Shown one piece after another: positions 12,045 to 24,035 of a stretch of 64,000 bases of DNA. Under the pieces are notes generated by a model, which saw only the letters and a program-made list of their open reading frames with translations, was not told where the DNA came from and did not search any database. Location of the stretch: the NCBI GenBank assembly GCA_028023455.1, contig JAQFVV010000008.1, positions 14,694,001 to 14,758,000 on the forward strand, given 5' to 3'. The position numbers and the translations under genes are program-made. The stretch comes from Epiperipatus broadwayi (taxonomy: Eukaryota > Animalia > Onychophora). Within the stretch, counting starts at the first letter, position 1; the number at the start of each line of letters is the position of its first letter.

Positions 12045-13220
12045 GTAAGTCTATGATATTATTTTTTAGGTTCATATGTTAACTTCAGTGCTTTAAAGAA
12101 AATCTTAGATAAAGAATGGGTTGCCTTAACAGTTTTGATCAACAATCATTTCTTAAGTCTTTTATTCAACTATTGAACTTCTTTTAAATTCTTATACATT
12201 GCATACAAAGCACCATAGCTATTGTCAAGCAGAGAATGTCACATATTTTCTTTTAATCAAATTACTAATAATATAACTAATTAATATTTTTTGGTAGAGC
12301 CCTAAAACAAATGTTTTCATATCTTGAGACAATCTTTAAGAGAACTTCATACGTCATTTGAAAATCTTAAAGTAATAATTTTAGTGTGTAAAATCTGTTG
12401 ACATGTAGTGCCATAGTAATTTTTTTAAAAAAAATAAAAATCAAAATTCTTATCAATATTAATATAACTATTACTTTAACTTTAGAGCATACATATATAT
12501 GATGTAAATGATTGTATAATATTAACTTTTTTTTAATTTAAAATTTTTCTTATAAATAATCCATAAAATGCAAATGCTTTTGGATTGCATATAATAAAAT
12601 CTTTTTTGAAATTATTTTGTATCTAAACAGAATGTTCATTGTGCAAATATTTAATAACAGTAACTCATCCGTGTTCACAAAGATAATACAAATATTTCCA
12701 GTAACTTTGGTTCATAGTTGATTGCTCTTATAAACACATATAAAAAAGTCTGATGCTTAATGATATTGAAGTAAGAGATAAAAGAATTCCTCTTCTGAAC
12801 TTTTTGAGCCTATTGATGAAGCATGAATCCTAATAAAATGAGTGTAGACATCATCACACAAAACACTAACACCTTTAGTTTTTCACTGAGACAAGCTATA
12901 AAATAATCATTAATCTGTAGGCTATAAACATCTTATGTTATATTTCTAAGAAAAAAGTAGGAGTCTTCTTACAAATTATTTATACACATTGTTATGAATA
13001 AATAATAGAGTGAAAAAAATATTTTCCTAGATTATGAATGCAAAAGATCAAAAATATAATGGATCTATATTTTAATTTTTCACATGAACACACACATTAC
13101 AATATGAATCCTGATCATTAATCTCTTGGTCAGTCTTTTATATGACTAACATTTTATAATACAAATGGTGAGGACCTGTATCCCTATCTTAATTTGTATA
13201 TGATTAAACTGAGATCTCTT

Positions 13221-13426
13221 AAAGAAAAATTAATAATTCATAAATTGTATAGTTTGATATTAAAAACAATTATTTTTGTGATTATCATCGATTCTTAAAA
13301 AATTGATTATTGATTATTTTTGTATTAAAGAAAATTTAATAATTCATAAATTGTATAGTTTGATATTAAAAACAATTATTTTTTGTGATTATCATCGATT
13401 CTTAAAAAATTGATTATTTTTGTATT
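13221..13426. repeat. Recent two-copy tandem duplication (~103-bp unit)
   Basis: 13221-13326 and 13327-13426 are near-identical, differing mainly in homopolymer length and a short tgattat repeat. Confidence 0.85.
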
Positions 13427-14099
13427 TTAGGAGAAACCCCCAACTTTAAGGATTTGTTTCATTATGGACACCATCCCAGTGCTTTCTAGAATTCATCCAT
13501 GTAGTAGGTTTAAATCTCTCTCAAAACAATCAATTCTTCCTTATCATTTTTATCAATACTAGCTCATTATGTATGATATCTTGGCTTGACAACACATAAA
13601 TTATATTAAAAATAATATAAGTTTATTATAAAATTTTCGTAACTAATTTAATAACAATATTAATATTCAATCTCCACAATCGTAACAGCAGTGATAATTT
13701 ATATACAAAATTACGATAGCTTTAATTATTGATCAGATATAAACAAACTAAAGGAAATTTACACGATCAATATTTTAAACAAAATTTTAACTTTCCCCTG
13801 TGAACATAACAAAACTAACTATAAAAAATAGATATATATTTCAAATGCCTTCATTAATATTTTTAAAAAAAATTAAATTCTTTAACTAAATGCACATTCT
13901 ACCTCTTTTACGTCTTTTTGTCAAATACTGTCATTGTCTTCTAGAAGTATTTATAAGTCTGAGGACTTTTTTTACCATTTTTTTGGCTTGCTAGTAACAA
14001 TTTGCTGATGAATTTCTAGTAGCATTTAGGTGATTAAATTTTCTCTTCACTTGTATATATATTTTTTCTTTACAACAGTATTGAATTAGGCATGAGTAT

Positions 14100-14400
14100 C
14101 CTAAGAAAGATGAAAAAACATTTTTATAAGTACACTGAGCAGGTAGGTAGTGATGGCAGATGCATTTGAGGATATCTAGTCCAACATAATTAATGCTTTC
14201 AAATTAATCATTCAGATTTGTCAGGCTTCAGAAGTTGAATGCAGCTCCTTTAATACTTGCATTCAGAATGGCTAGTAATTCTGCTTTCAAGCTGGCTATG
14301 GTCCAATGTTTGTTAGTTTGTGTTTCTGGTAAACCACTCTCTTGATTAAACTGATTGAGGGAGGGAGTGAATGAATTAATCAAGTTTGTCTGAATTAATT
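14100..14400 (-). pseudogene. Possible RNase H remnant of an I-group non-LTR element
   Basis: Minus-strand TIASLKAELLAILNASIK resembles the RNase H S...AEL.AI..A helix. Downstream motifs are degraded. Confidence 0.35.
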
Positions 14401-14809
14401 TCATATTTTATCTCATTTCCTGTTTATTAGTTTAACAAAACGTAACATTTTCTTTCCCCCTTTTTTTAGCTTTCTTAATTTAGAAGCGCAGCACTAATGT
14501 TTTAGATAACCCTCTGCTATAGTCATTAATTAATGTTTTTCATTTTGGAAGGAATTAATTAATGAACATTTTGAAACGTTCAATACTATTTATTTTTTTT
14601 ACGATGCCGATTTACCAATAACTATTTTAATTACAAAATACAAAGAATGTGAGTGCAAAGTTTGTTGCTTTTTGCAAACACACAGTAAAGGCATTTTTAC
14701 CCTCACTTCTTTTAATCATTTAAGACAAAACCACACAAAAATATATATTAAGTGCAATAATGTTTAAGGTTAAATGGGTTTATAAGTAATCATTAAAAAC
14801 CAGTCAACA

Positions 14810-15724
14810 TTTAAACAAATCCCAATATCAATAACAATCTCAAACTGTTATCAAGGCAACCTCCTTTTAACAATAAAAGTGAAATCTAACATTTATTTAT
14901 GGTCCAATATATTTATATAGACACTGAAAATTGCAATCTCTGTGGTCAAGTTGCAATTTTTAGTGTTTATATAAATATACTGAAACATAAATAAATGTGG
15001 GATTCCACCATTATTGTTAACAGGAAGTTGTCTTGACTATCGTTTCTCATCCTTTTTGCCGCGCAACCCAATAGACTTTATTGAAATAGTTCTGCGACCC
15101 AAATGTTTATTACATAAATTATAATGTAAAATAAAAGATATTACATCAGCACGATACTGTATATATGTATATATTCGGATCAATTTGATAATATTTTATA
15201 ATGAACAAATAATTTGTAAGTTAAAAGTTGAGTTTAAGTTAAACTACATATTTTTAATTTAAAAGCTTAACACATTTTGTTAATTACCAAAAAAAAAAAA
15301 AGTGTTTTCTTTTCAAATAAGGTTACATTAATTTTCCACCACTGGCACTGATTGACGCTTTGGCTGCATTAATTTTAATTGCATTTTTGGTTGCGATTTT
15401 TTTGAACAATTACATTTTGAAAAAAATCACGAAATTTAACATTATGATTATTTAAGTTCAAATTTACAATTGAATTTGAGAAAACTACACAAAGCATAGG
15501 TAGTAGTACTTACTTCTTTTTTTTTTTTATTAATACTAATATTTTCTTAAAATGTAAAAATATTTTTGCTATCAGATATTTATGTTTTTATATCTTGGAC
15601 ATATTTGCGATCCTTTAAAAATTTAATGCGACCCAATATTGGGTCATGACCCAAAGGTTGAGAAATGCTGGTCTTGACAACAATTTGAAATTGTGGATTA
15701 TTATTGATATTGGGATTGTCTAGA
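14810..15724. repeat. ~270-bp fold-back element interrupted by a hAT MITE
   Basis: With 15038-15678 removed, aatcccaatatcaataa...caaggcaac pairs with gttg|tcttgac...ttattgatattgggatt. Centre is gaaaattgcaat...gttgcaatttt near 14945. Confidence 0.65.
15038..15670. mobile_element. hAT (Charlie/Buster-type) non-autonomous element, 633 bp
   Basis: 8-bp TSD GTCTTGAC at 15030-15037 and 15671-15678. TIRs tatcgtttctcatcc / cagcatttctcaacc (rc). Subterminal GCGACCC/GGGTC motifs. Confidence 0.85.
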
Positions 15725-15805
15725 TTTTCTTTATAATTCCTCTTACTTATATTATTCTATAAACTTTATTCTAATTTCTTTTCTATGTTGCTAGTTGTTT
15801 GGCAC

Positions 15806-18800
15806 ATTATTCCCCTCTTAATTATGAACAAAATAAAGTTGACATATCTCTAATCATGCATTTATTACATAGTTGAGTGATTTTGTTTCTATTTACCAAT
15901 TCATTATGCTCACCAAATTAAAATTTTTCTTGGACTTACAAGCTGATCCTCTCCTCCTTTTTTCCTTGCAACTATTCATAGTAAATGTAACTCCATCAGA
16001 ATTCCTGAATACAATGTAATATAATAAATATTTGACCATTGTATATACACGACGTACTATCTTTATTGCAGGTAATATTAAAAGAAGTCATGGATAATCT
16101 CACTACCTTCACTAGTTTAAGTAATGCTTACTTGAGCTATTGGCTTTCTTTAGATAAAATATACCTCTAATAAAGTAGAAAAACGATTATTTTATTCTTT
16201 TGAAAATTACTTAAATCTATTGGAAAAAAGGGTAGATATATGCACCAATCCCAAAAACCATCAGTTATTTCATATGAACCATACCAGTGTAAATACATTA
16301 TCATAATCTGTTTATATTAGGTTTGTTAAAATGCATCACAAGGCCAACCAAACCCTTACATAATTGTTAATAGACTCTATACTTTGGGTAGTCTAGAAGT
16401 ATGTCAGGATATTTAAACTAACTAAATCAAAATATGTTCATAAAACTAGGAATTTCTCTTCCACTAGAACAATTTTAATGAGACCAAAAGTTCTTTTCTG
16501 GCACTATAGTTAACAAAATGGGTAAGTAATTCCTGTTTTGAGTTCTATTCTATTTCATTGTTACAATAATGAGAGTAACATGACTAGCCCATAAATACAG
16601 TCCAATAACCCTCAATAAACAAATGTGTAAAATATATATAGCATCCTCATCCCACATTCAGTTAATTAAATTCACTAAAATCTCCACACACTTCACATTT
16701 CCTAGACTTCTTGATGGGTCTTAATATATAAACATTATATGTATCCAATTCAACATTTTCATTTGCCACAAATAATTATTACCACTTTGCTTGATAGTTT
16801 TATAAGGACCTTCATATAAATTTTGAAAATTGTATTTTTTAACTTGACTGACAGGTGTGATTCTAACCATCACTTTGTCACAATCCTTAAATGTATGAGA
16901 AAAAGAATGATGTTTCTTTTTTTTTTTTGCTTCTCTTTATGCTTCAAATGATTAGATACTTTTGCATGTCTATATCAGACTCAGTTTGCTCCCAGAATAT
17001 TGGTAATTCACTCCTACATAGCATCAGTACATATCAACCAAAATAAAGCTATATAATGGCAAATCCAATAGCTCATTAATATGTAATTCGTATCTGTGAT
17101 TGAGAAATATCTTGCAGGCAATATACCTCTGCAGATTGATGTAAATCATATGGTATAAATTTTATAATTTCACTTTCACAAGTGGACTTGAATATCAAAA
17201 TCCAGGATGCAGCCAGTTATATTGATAAAGTCAGAACCCTGAGATGACTGTGTGAATCAGCCCACTTAAATTAACCACACTTGGTCTATATATATATATA
17301 TTTCTTCTATCCACATTTGAACCCAAATTTGGTTAAAAAACTAATCTAGCTTGCTGTTTGTTAGGATAACATATAAGGATTTTATATGAGGATTAAGGTA
17401 GATGATTTGTTCATATATATCTTCAGACATCACAGATATTTGGCTGCCTGAGTCTAACAATGCATCAGCACCAATATACTTTAATAATATTTGAATTTTG
17501 GAGCATACTCTTTGTACCTTTCTTGGATTCCAAAGTGAAAAACATATCATTGAAGCTTCTTTTTGTTTAACATCTTACAACTTTGAAAAGTTGTTTATTT
17601 CAGTACAGTTAGTGCAAGATGATAGTAAAAAGTGAATATTCTGATCATAATGACTACCATCATTTAATTTAGAATTTAGATCCATTTTCAGTCTATATGA
17701 TAATTCATGTCCTTTCTGGACTAACCATGATGAAAGTGGTTACTTTCCTTTTCTTATTTTTATTACATTTACATGGAATTCATTTTTTTAAAGAAAAACT
17801 TATCTCTAGGCTTGTATCCTGACTCTTTTGTTTTTTTACATGTAGGCTTATTATTATTAAAAGTACTTAACAACTAAGCAACTTACTCAATTGGTTTTCT
17901 GTCAATTAACATCTGCTCAATATGGTTAGGAAAACTGTGCCTCACTATCCTAATTATTTAATTTTTGGATAGTGAATTGGCTGTTAAGGTCCTGATCTTT
18001 GCCACTTGCTGTCTGAAAAATGGCATTTATGACTCTCCATGTTGGCATCTCTTTTGAGATATCCAGTATTTAATAATTTTCAGGTAGTCTTCATTCTAAC
18101 ATTAGTTTAATATGTCTATTTAAACTCTGGAAATTTGCTTATCTTATTAAATAGGAAATGTCATGAAATCTGGGGTTTCTCTTTTAGATAAGTACACACT
18201 ATTGCAAACTTAGCTTTCTCTAGTCATAGGTTTTAGATCAAATTATCTCTCTAAACTATTACAGTATTTAATAAGAGCTTCACTAGTAGGATCTGAAAAT
18301 ACTCATATTTTGAAAAATTTATTGACAGTGCTAAGTGTGTAGTTATATATATTAGATCTGTTTTTACTCTTTAATTTTCACATTCTATACAATTACTACA
18401 AGCCACTATTTTATGGCAGTTACTAATAAGTTGCTTTGCCCTCCTTTTATCTGAATGGCCTCTAGCATCTAGATTTGGGTTATAATTTCTTTTTGTATTT
18501 TCTTTTGGTTCACTTTCCATATATACAGTATTTCTAAGTGTTGCACTAACACTTCTTGATTTTAGTTTATTATTTTCACTGTATCTTCAACTTGTTGTTC
18601 TAGCTGTTTGATTTTTCATCATTTTCTTTCTTATTTTGTTTCACTTCCTAACTTCATTTCATTTTCTTGATAAATTTATAAATATACAGTCTATTTTACT
18701 AACAATCTCTTTTTGAATTGGCTTTGATTATGTTCTTTTTGGATGTGTTATCTATTTCTTCTTTAAGTTGGCCTTGGTTATCTTCTAATTTTTTTGATAT

Positions 18801-19282
18801 ATTATTTATTAAACTCTGATTATTTTTCATCTCTTCTTGTATTTTTTTAAGTATATTCATAACTTTGGCAAGCTAATAATTTTCATTGGTGTTTCAGGCT
18901 TATTTTTAGCTTGTGTTTATTGTGCCCCCAAGATCTTTTTTTTTAGATTTCACTACCTTTTTTTTTACTTTTACCTCTATATAGCTTAAACAGTACTTCT
19001 ATGTTTCAATTCTATTTTGTCATATTATTCCAATATAGTTGTTTTATTTTTTTATTATCACTTCCTAGAATATGCCATGTTATCCACAAATTATAAATTT
19101 AAATTTGAATTCAATAGTCTAACTATATCTTGTTCCTTTTTTATTTCATTCATTTTTTATATCTTTTTTTTAAATACAATGTCATTGTAATAATAATTTT
19201 CCTTTCTCAGGTCCATGTATATTTTAGCTTAGGTTATATCACAGTATTGTGGCTAATAATTCTTGTCCCATATTGGGCATCA
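15806..19282 (-). mobile_element. Decayed, internally deleted Ty3/Gypsy-like LTR retrotransposon internal region
   Basis: PBS-like TGATGCCCAATATGGGAC (19282-19265, cf. TGGCGCCCAACGTGGGGC). Retropepsin motif at ~17.45 kb. Integrase-like fragments at 15.9-16.4 kb. PPT AAGAGGGGAATAA followed by TGTG at 15806. No matching LTR pair found. Confidence 0.5.
17341..17550 (-). pseudogene. Retroviral-type aspartic protease remnant
   Basis: ADALLDSGSQISVMSE matches the retropepsin LLDSGS active-site motif. Confidence 0.7.
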
Positions 19283-20278
19283 TTTCTATGGAATCCTGGT
19301 CTTATTGTATTTATATTTAATCATTATCTTGACTTATGTTGTGAAATCATTTATATCTGAATGTAAAAGAGATCCAATACTAATTGAGGATGGTTAAATA
19401 TAAAGGTTAATAATAAATATACTGAGTTTATTAAGATGGCTGCTTAGTTCAACATGAGTATACTAATCATAAATAAAGTAACCATATATAATGTTAAAAA
19501 GGTGTATAGATTTTAAGGTTAACTTTTAGCAGTGCTACAGAATTATTACCTTATAATGTAACATATTTCTTCAAAGATGCTGTTCATATAATTCTAAAGA
19601 GAATTGTATAGATTTTTAACAAATAAGAAGTTTCTTATGTTTTTATACTGGTCTATTTATGTCATCTAATATTAATTGTTAAATGACTTTAGAAAAATTC
19701 AAACTTCATTTAAAATTTTCAATTATTAGTAGCAAGACACAGGCTAATAATTAATACAATGTTTCTATTGATACTGTTCCCCTCTTTTCTTTAATAGCTT
19801 GAGCAATGAGTCCTAGCATGGAAATGAATCTTTACATTCAGGGTTACTGAATTTAAAGTGATGGCTATTATATTAAAGGCAACAGTCAATAGCAATTTTA
19901 TATATTTCCTTATTAGGATCTTTCTGTTTTTTTATTTTTTTTATTTTTTATGGTCAAGGTTAAAGAGAGGTTTCCAAGTACTATGAATTATCACATTAGG
20001 ATGGCTTGTGAGGTTATTTACATTATCATTTGAGGAATTTCTTAATTTTTTTCTGTTTATTTTTTCCTCTTTGATCAATATTCATGTCTTTTTGCAAACA
20101 AATATATGATTATTGAAGCATACACTAACTATTACAGTAGTTGTATTTGTTTTTTCTTTCTAATCATTACTTTGTGTGCTTTTAATGATTTTTACAATGG
20201 GTAGTTAGTTTCATCAATATATATCTTTCCATCAGCATTTCCAATTTAGGTTTTGTAGAAGTTAGCATTTCTTATAAT

Positions 20279-20955
20279 TATTAAAGTGGAATTCAACCTC
20301 CGATAATGCATTATTTCTTAAATATTATAAATCTCCATGCACTCACCCACCAGTAAGAGTTTAAAAAACTTAAGTGAATCACTTAAGTTTAGAGCACATT
20401 TGTATATACACCAACCAGCACTGAACATGCTTAAATCAGGGCTTGAGGCTATTGTGTGTCTGATGTTATAATCAAATATTTAATTATACAAATTTAGTTA
20501 ACCTATTGCAGGGGAAAGACAATATCTCATTTTTAACCATCTATGATTAGACTTATATGACTTATAAATGTAAATTTATTATTATAAAGCATTGAAAAAT
20601 TTGAAATTATTAAAGTGGAAGTCAACCTGTGATAATGCACTATTTCTTAAATATTATAAATATTAAAAATGAGACTGACTTTCTCCTGGGATAGGTTAAC
20701 TAAATTTGTACAATTCACTATTTGATTATAACATCAGGCACACAGTAGACTCAAGCCCTGATTTAAGCATGGTCAGGGAGAGTTGGTATATATACAAATG
20801 TGTTATAAACTTAAGTGATTCACTTCAGTTTTTTAAACTTTTATTGGCGAGTGAGTGTGCAGAGATTTATAATATTTAAGAAATAACGCATTATTGGAGG
20901 TTGACTTCCACTTTAATAATTTCAAAATTTTTAGTGCTTTATAATAATAGATTTA
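20279..20955. mobile_element. Non-coding insertion: ~1.2 tandem copies of a 329-nt unit plus an inverted copy, 13-bp TSD
   Basis: CATTTCTTATAAT at 20266-20278 and 20956-20968. aattattaaagtggaa recurs at 20276 and 20605. 20664-20955 is the reverse complement of the unit. Confidence 0.7.
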
Positions 20956-21550
20956 CATTTCTTATAATGTGTTATAGCTTTGGAAGACTTCTGATTTTAT
21001 TGTAAATTTTTTTTAGTTTGTCTGCTATGCTTATTATATATATATGTATACACTTCAGTACCTATAATTCACCTTTCTTTTGACGTTTCCTTCTGTTGGT
21101 CTATTTAAGTTTTTCTTAAAGATAACTAATTGATAACCATTCTTTACAAGGCTTTCTTTTACATAGGACTCTTGTTTTTCCAAGTCATTGGTTTTTGACT
21201 AAATTTCTTTTGCAGTACTACATAACTCCCCTCTCCTTTTTTTTGTTTTTTATTATGATTGGATATATATGTTAAATATTTATCTATTAGTGTGAATTTT
21301 TTAGTAAACTATACATTTGTTTTTGCCATGAAGAAGTCTTAATAATAAAGACTTCAGCATAGTTTTTCAGTCAGCAGTTGGTAAGAAAAGCATGTCATAA
21401 ATGACATGAAGAATAAAATATTAAAAAACAAACTTGTAAACCTATATGATCATATCTAATGTTATCCTGTATTAAAAAATACCTAGCAGTTCCATCAGTT
21501 AAAAATATTAGTTTTAAACACCTAAAAGATAACTGAAATTTTTATTTTAT

Positions 21551-21990
<440 letters not shown>

Positions 21991-22212
21991 GTCTCGCAGC
22001 AAATGATGATTTTAACGGATCGTTGTTTACAGAGATCTTAGGAGTTTAACCAAAGAAAACACTAAAACCAACACATCTTTGACTTGCAGTTATATATATA
22101 TGAACAGTAAGTATTGGACAATCCAAATTAATTTGTATTTTAACTAAATAGATATTTTTATGAATTGTTTTGTTAAAAATAATATTCGTTGCTCAACGTA
22201 AAAAGCATTACA

Positions 22213-23940
22213 ATGGCGACACCCCGGTCATGTGACCAGCAGAACGGCGCCAATATGCTATCCAAGCCTATGCAAATTACAGGTGAAGCAAAAACATATG
22301 CCAACGTAGCTAAAAATAATTTACAGGAAAATAATTTCTCTTCGGAAAAAAATAATTTACAACAAAAAGAACACAATCAAGTTCCAATTTTAGAAAAAAA
22401 TAAAGTTTTCCATCGCTTCCGAAAAATAAATACTAATGATATTTTGCAGCTAGATATACAAACGCAAGAAAATCAATGCCCCCCTACCGCCCAGTGGAAT
22501 AATGAGGATTTGAAAATAATATGTGAACAGTTTAATAATACGATCCCACGTGGCCTTCATACGTCTTTCAAAAGATTTTTTTCTCCTCGTTCAATAATAT
22601 TATCAGCTACAGATGCAAATTTATCGCTATATAAATTTCCTAGAAATTTACTTTATGAAGCAATAACACTACACGGACTTTGGGATAGCATACTAAGGAT
22701 TGCTGACCATCCTAACTCACGGTATTTAATCCTCGAATTTTACCAAGAAAGCCAAAAAACCCGGTTTCAAACCACCATTAAAACTTTAGGCAACTATGCA
22801 CTCATTGCAGTAGATCCAGATCAACATAACCAGATTACTGGCATAATCAAGAATGCATACCTTGGATATGACATCAAAATCTTTCAGAAAATGATGCAGC
22901 CATTTGGAAAAGTCACAGCATTCAACCCAATTTATCTGAAAGATACGCCAGTGCTTGTATACAGCAATAGCTTTGACTTCAAGCTGAGATTGCATCCAGA
23001 AATAGATCCAAACAATATTCCTACACAATTTGCAGATCAGGAAGCCATGCTGAGCCTCTTCATAAGAGGGCTTAAACCCATATGCTACACATGCGGGAAG
23101 CGAGGCCACTTGGCAACGCAATGTGACACCAAAAAGAATCCACAATCGCAAAAAACAAATGGAGTGGCCATCCAAACACATACTGAAGACAGCAACCATA
23201 TATATAATGATAGCATAAATCCAAATATGTACAACAATATGCAAACAACTTCTCCACCTGAAGAAACACTCTCACTCCCTCTCATTAATCAAAATTCCAA
23301 TGAGGAAAATAAAAACACAGATGAACTAAACAGCGACCATCTGAAAAAACAATGTGATAACAGAAAGAGTCTACAATCACAGCAAACAAATAATCAGCTC
23401 AACCACACACAAACGGAAGATATCAGCCACACTAACATAGTCAAGATAAATTCAGATATGAATAACCAGATGCAAACAACTTCTTCATCTAAAGAAGATC
23501 AAACTACAAAAAACCAAGACAACAGTATAAATGAACCAAACAGAATGCAGCACTTAAATCCAAATGTCACACAAGCAATTCAAAATAACACAAGCAACTG
23601 TCAAAACATACAATGCACGAATGATTCAAATATTAACCCAACTGAAATATCACAAAGCAATTACAGTGAAACACAAAGTACCAATAGAACAAACATCACA
23701 CACACAATAAAAAATAACACATCAACATATATCATGGAAGCAATCATGCCATGCCTTCCACAAGTTGAAGTAAATACAATAGAAAAAAAAGGGCCAGGTC
23801 GCCCAAAAAGAAGCAAAAACAATAAAAAACCAAAAACAGAAGAGGACAACAACTCACAAACAGAAGAGTACAACACCGCATCATCATTAACCAGAATTCA
23901 AACGGATGACTGGTCACCAATGGACATCACTTCTATCTAA
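22213..23940 (+). CDS. ORF1 (Gag-like nucleic-acid-binding protein, 575 aa from first ATG)
   Basis: Open frame. MQPFGKV...IPT...IRGLKPICYTCGKRGHLATQC (RRM-like region + C-X2-C-X4-H-X4-C) fits the Tx1-type ORF1 pattern. N/Q/T-rich tail containing KKGPGRPKRSK. Confidence 0.88.
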   Translation: MATPRSCDQQNGANMLSKPMQITGEAKTYANVAKNNLQENNFSSEKNNLQQKEHNQVPILEKNKVFHRFRKINTNDILQLDIQTQENQCPPTAQWNNEDLKIICEQFNNTIPRGLHTSFKRFFSPRSIILSATDANLSLYKFPRNLLYEAITLHGLWDSILRIADHPNSRYLILEFYQESQKTRFQTTIKTLGNYALIAVDPDQHNQITGIIKNAYLGYDIKIFQKMMQPFGKVTAFNPIYLKDTPVLVYSNSFDFKLRLHPEIDPNNIPTQFADQEAMLSLFIRGLKPICYTCGKRGHLATQCDTKKNPQSQKTNGVAIQTHTEDSNHIYNDSINPNMYNNMQTTSPPEETLSLPLINQNSNEENKNTDELNSDHLKKQCDNRKSLQSQQTNNQLNHTQTEDISHTNIVKINSDMNNQMQTTSSSKEDQTTKNQDNSINEPNRMQHLNPNVTQAIQNNTSNCQNIQCTNDSNINPTEISQSNYSETQSTNRTNITHTIKNNTSTYIMEAIMPCLPQVEVNTIEKKGPGRPKRSKNNKKPKTEEDNNSQTEEYNTASSLTRIQTDDWSPMDITSI

Positions 23941-24035
23941 CCAACCAATTAAAACTCCAACAATGTACAGCTCATACAATGAAAACCAGTCACTAACATA
24001 TTTTGAAATGTGAACAATCCCAAAATACAACCATA

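Noticed and set aside
13430-13510. Possible host exon after a ttttag acceptor
   Set aside because: No recognisable protein and no convincing donor or partner exons.
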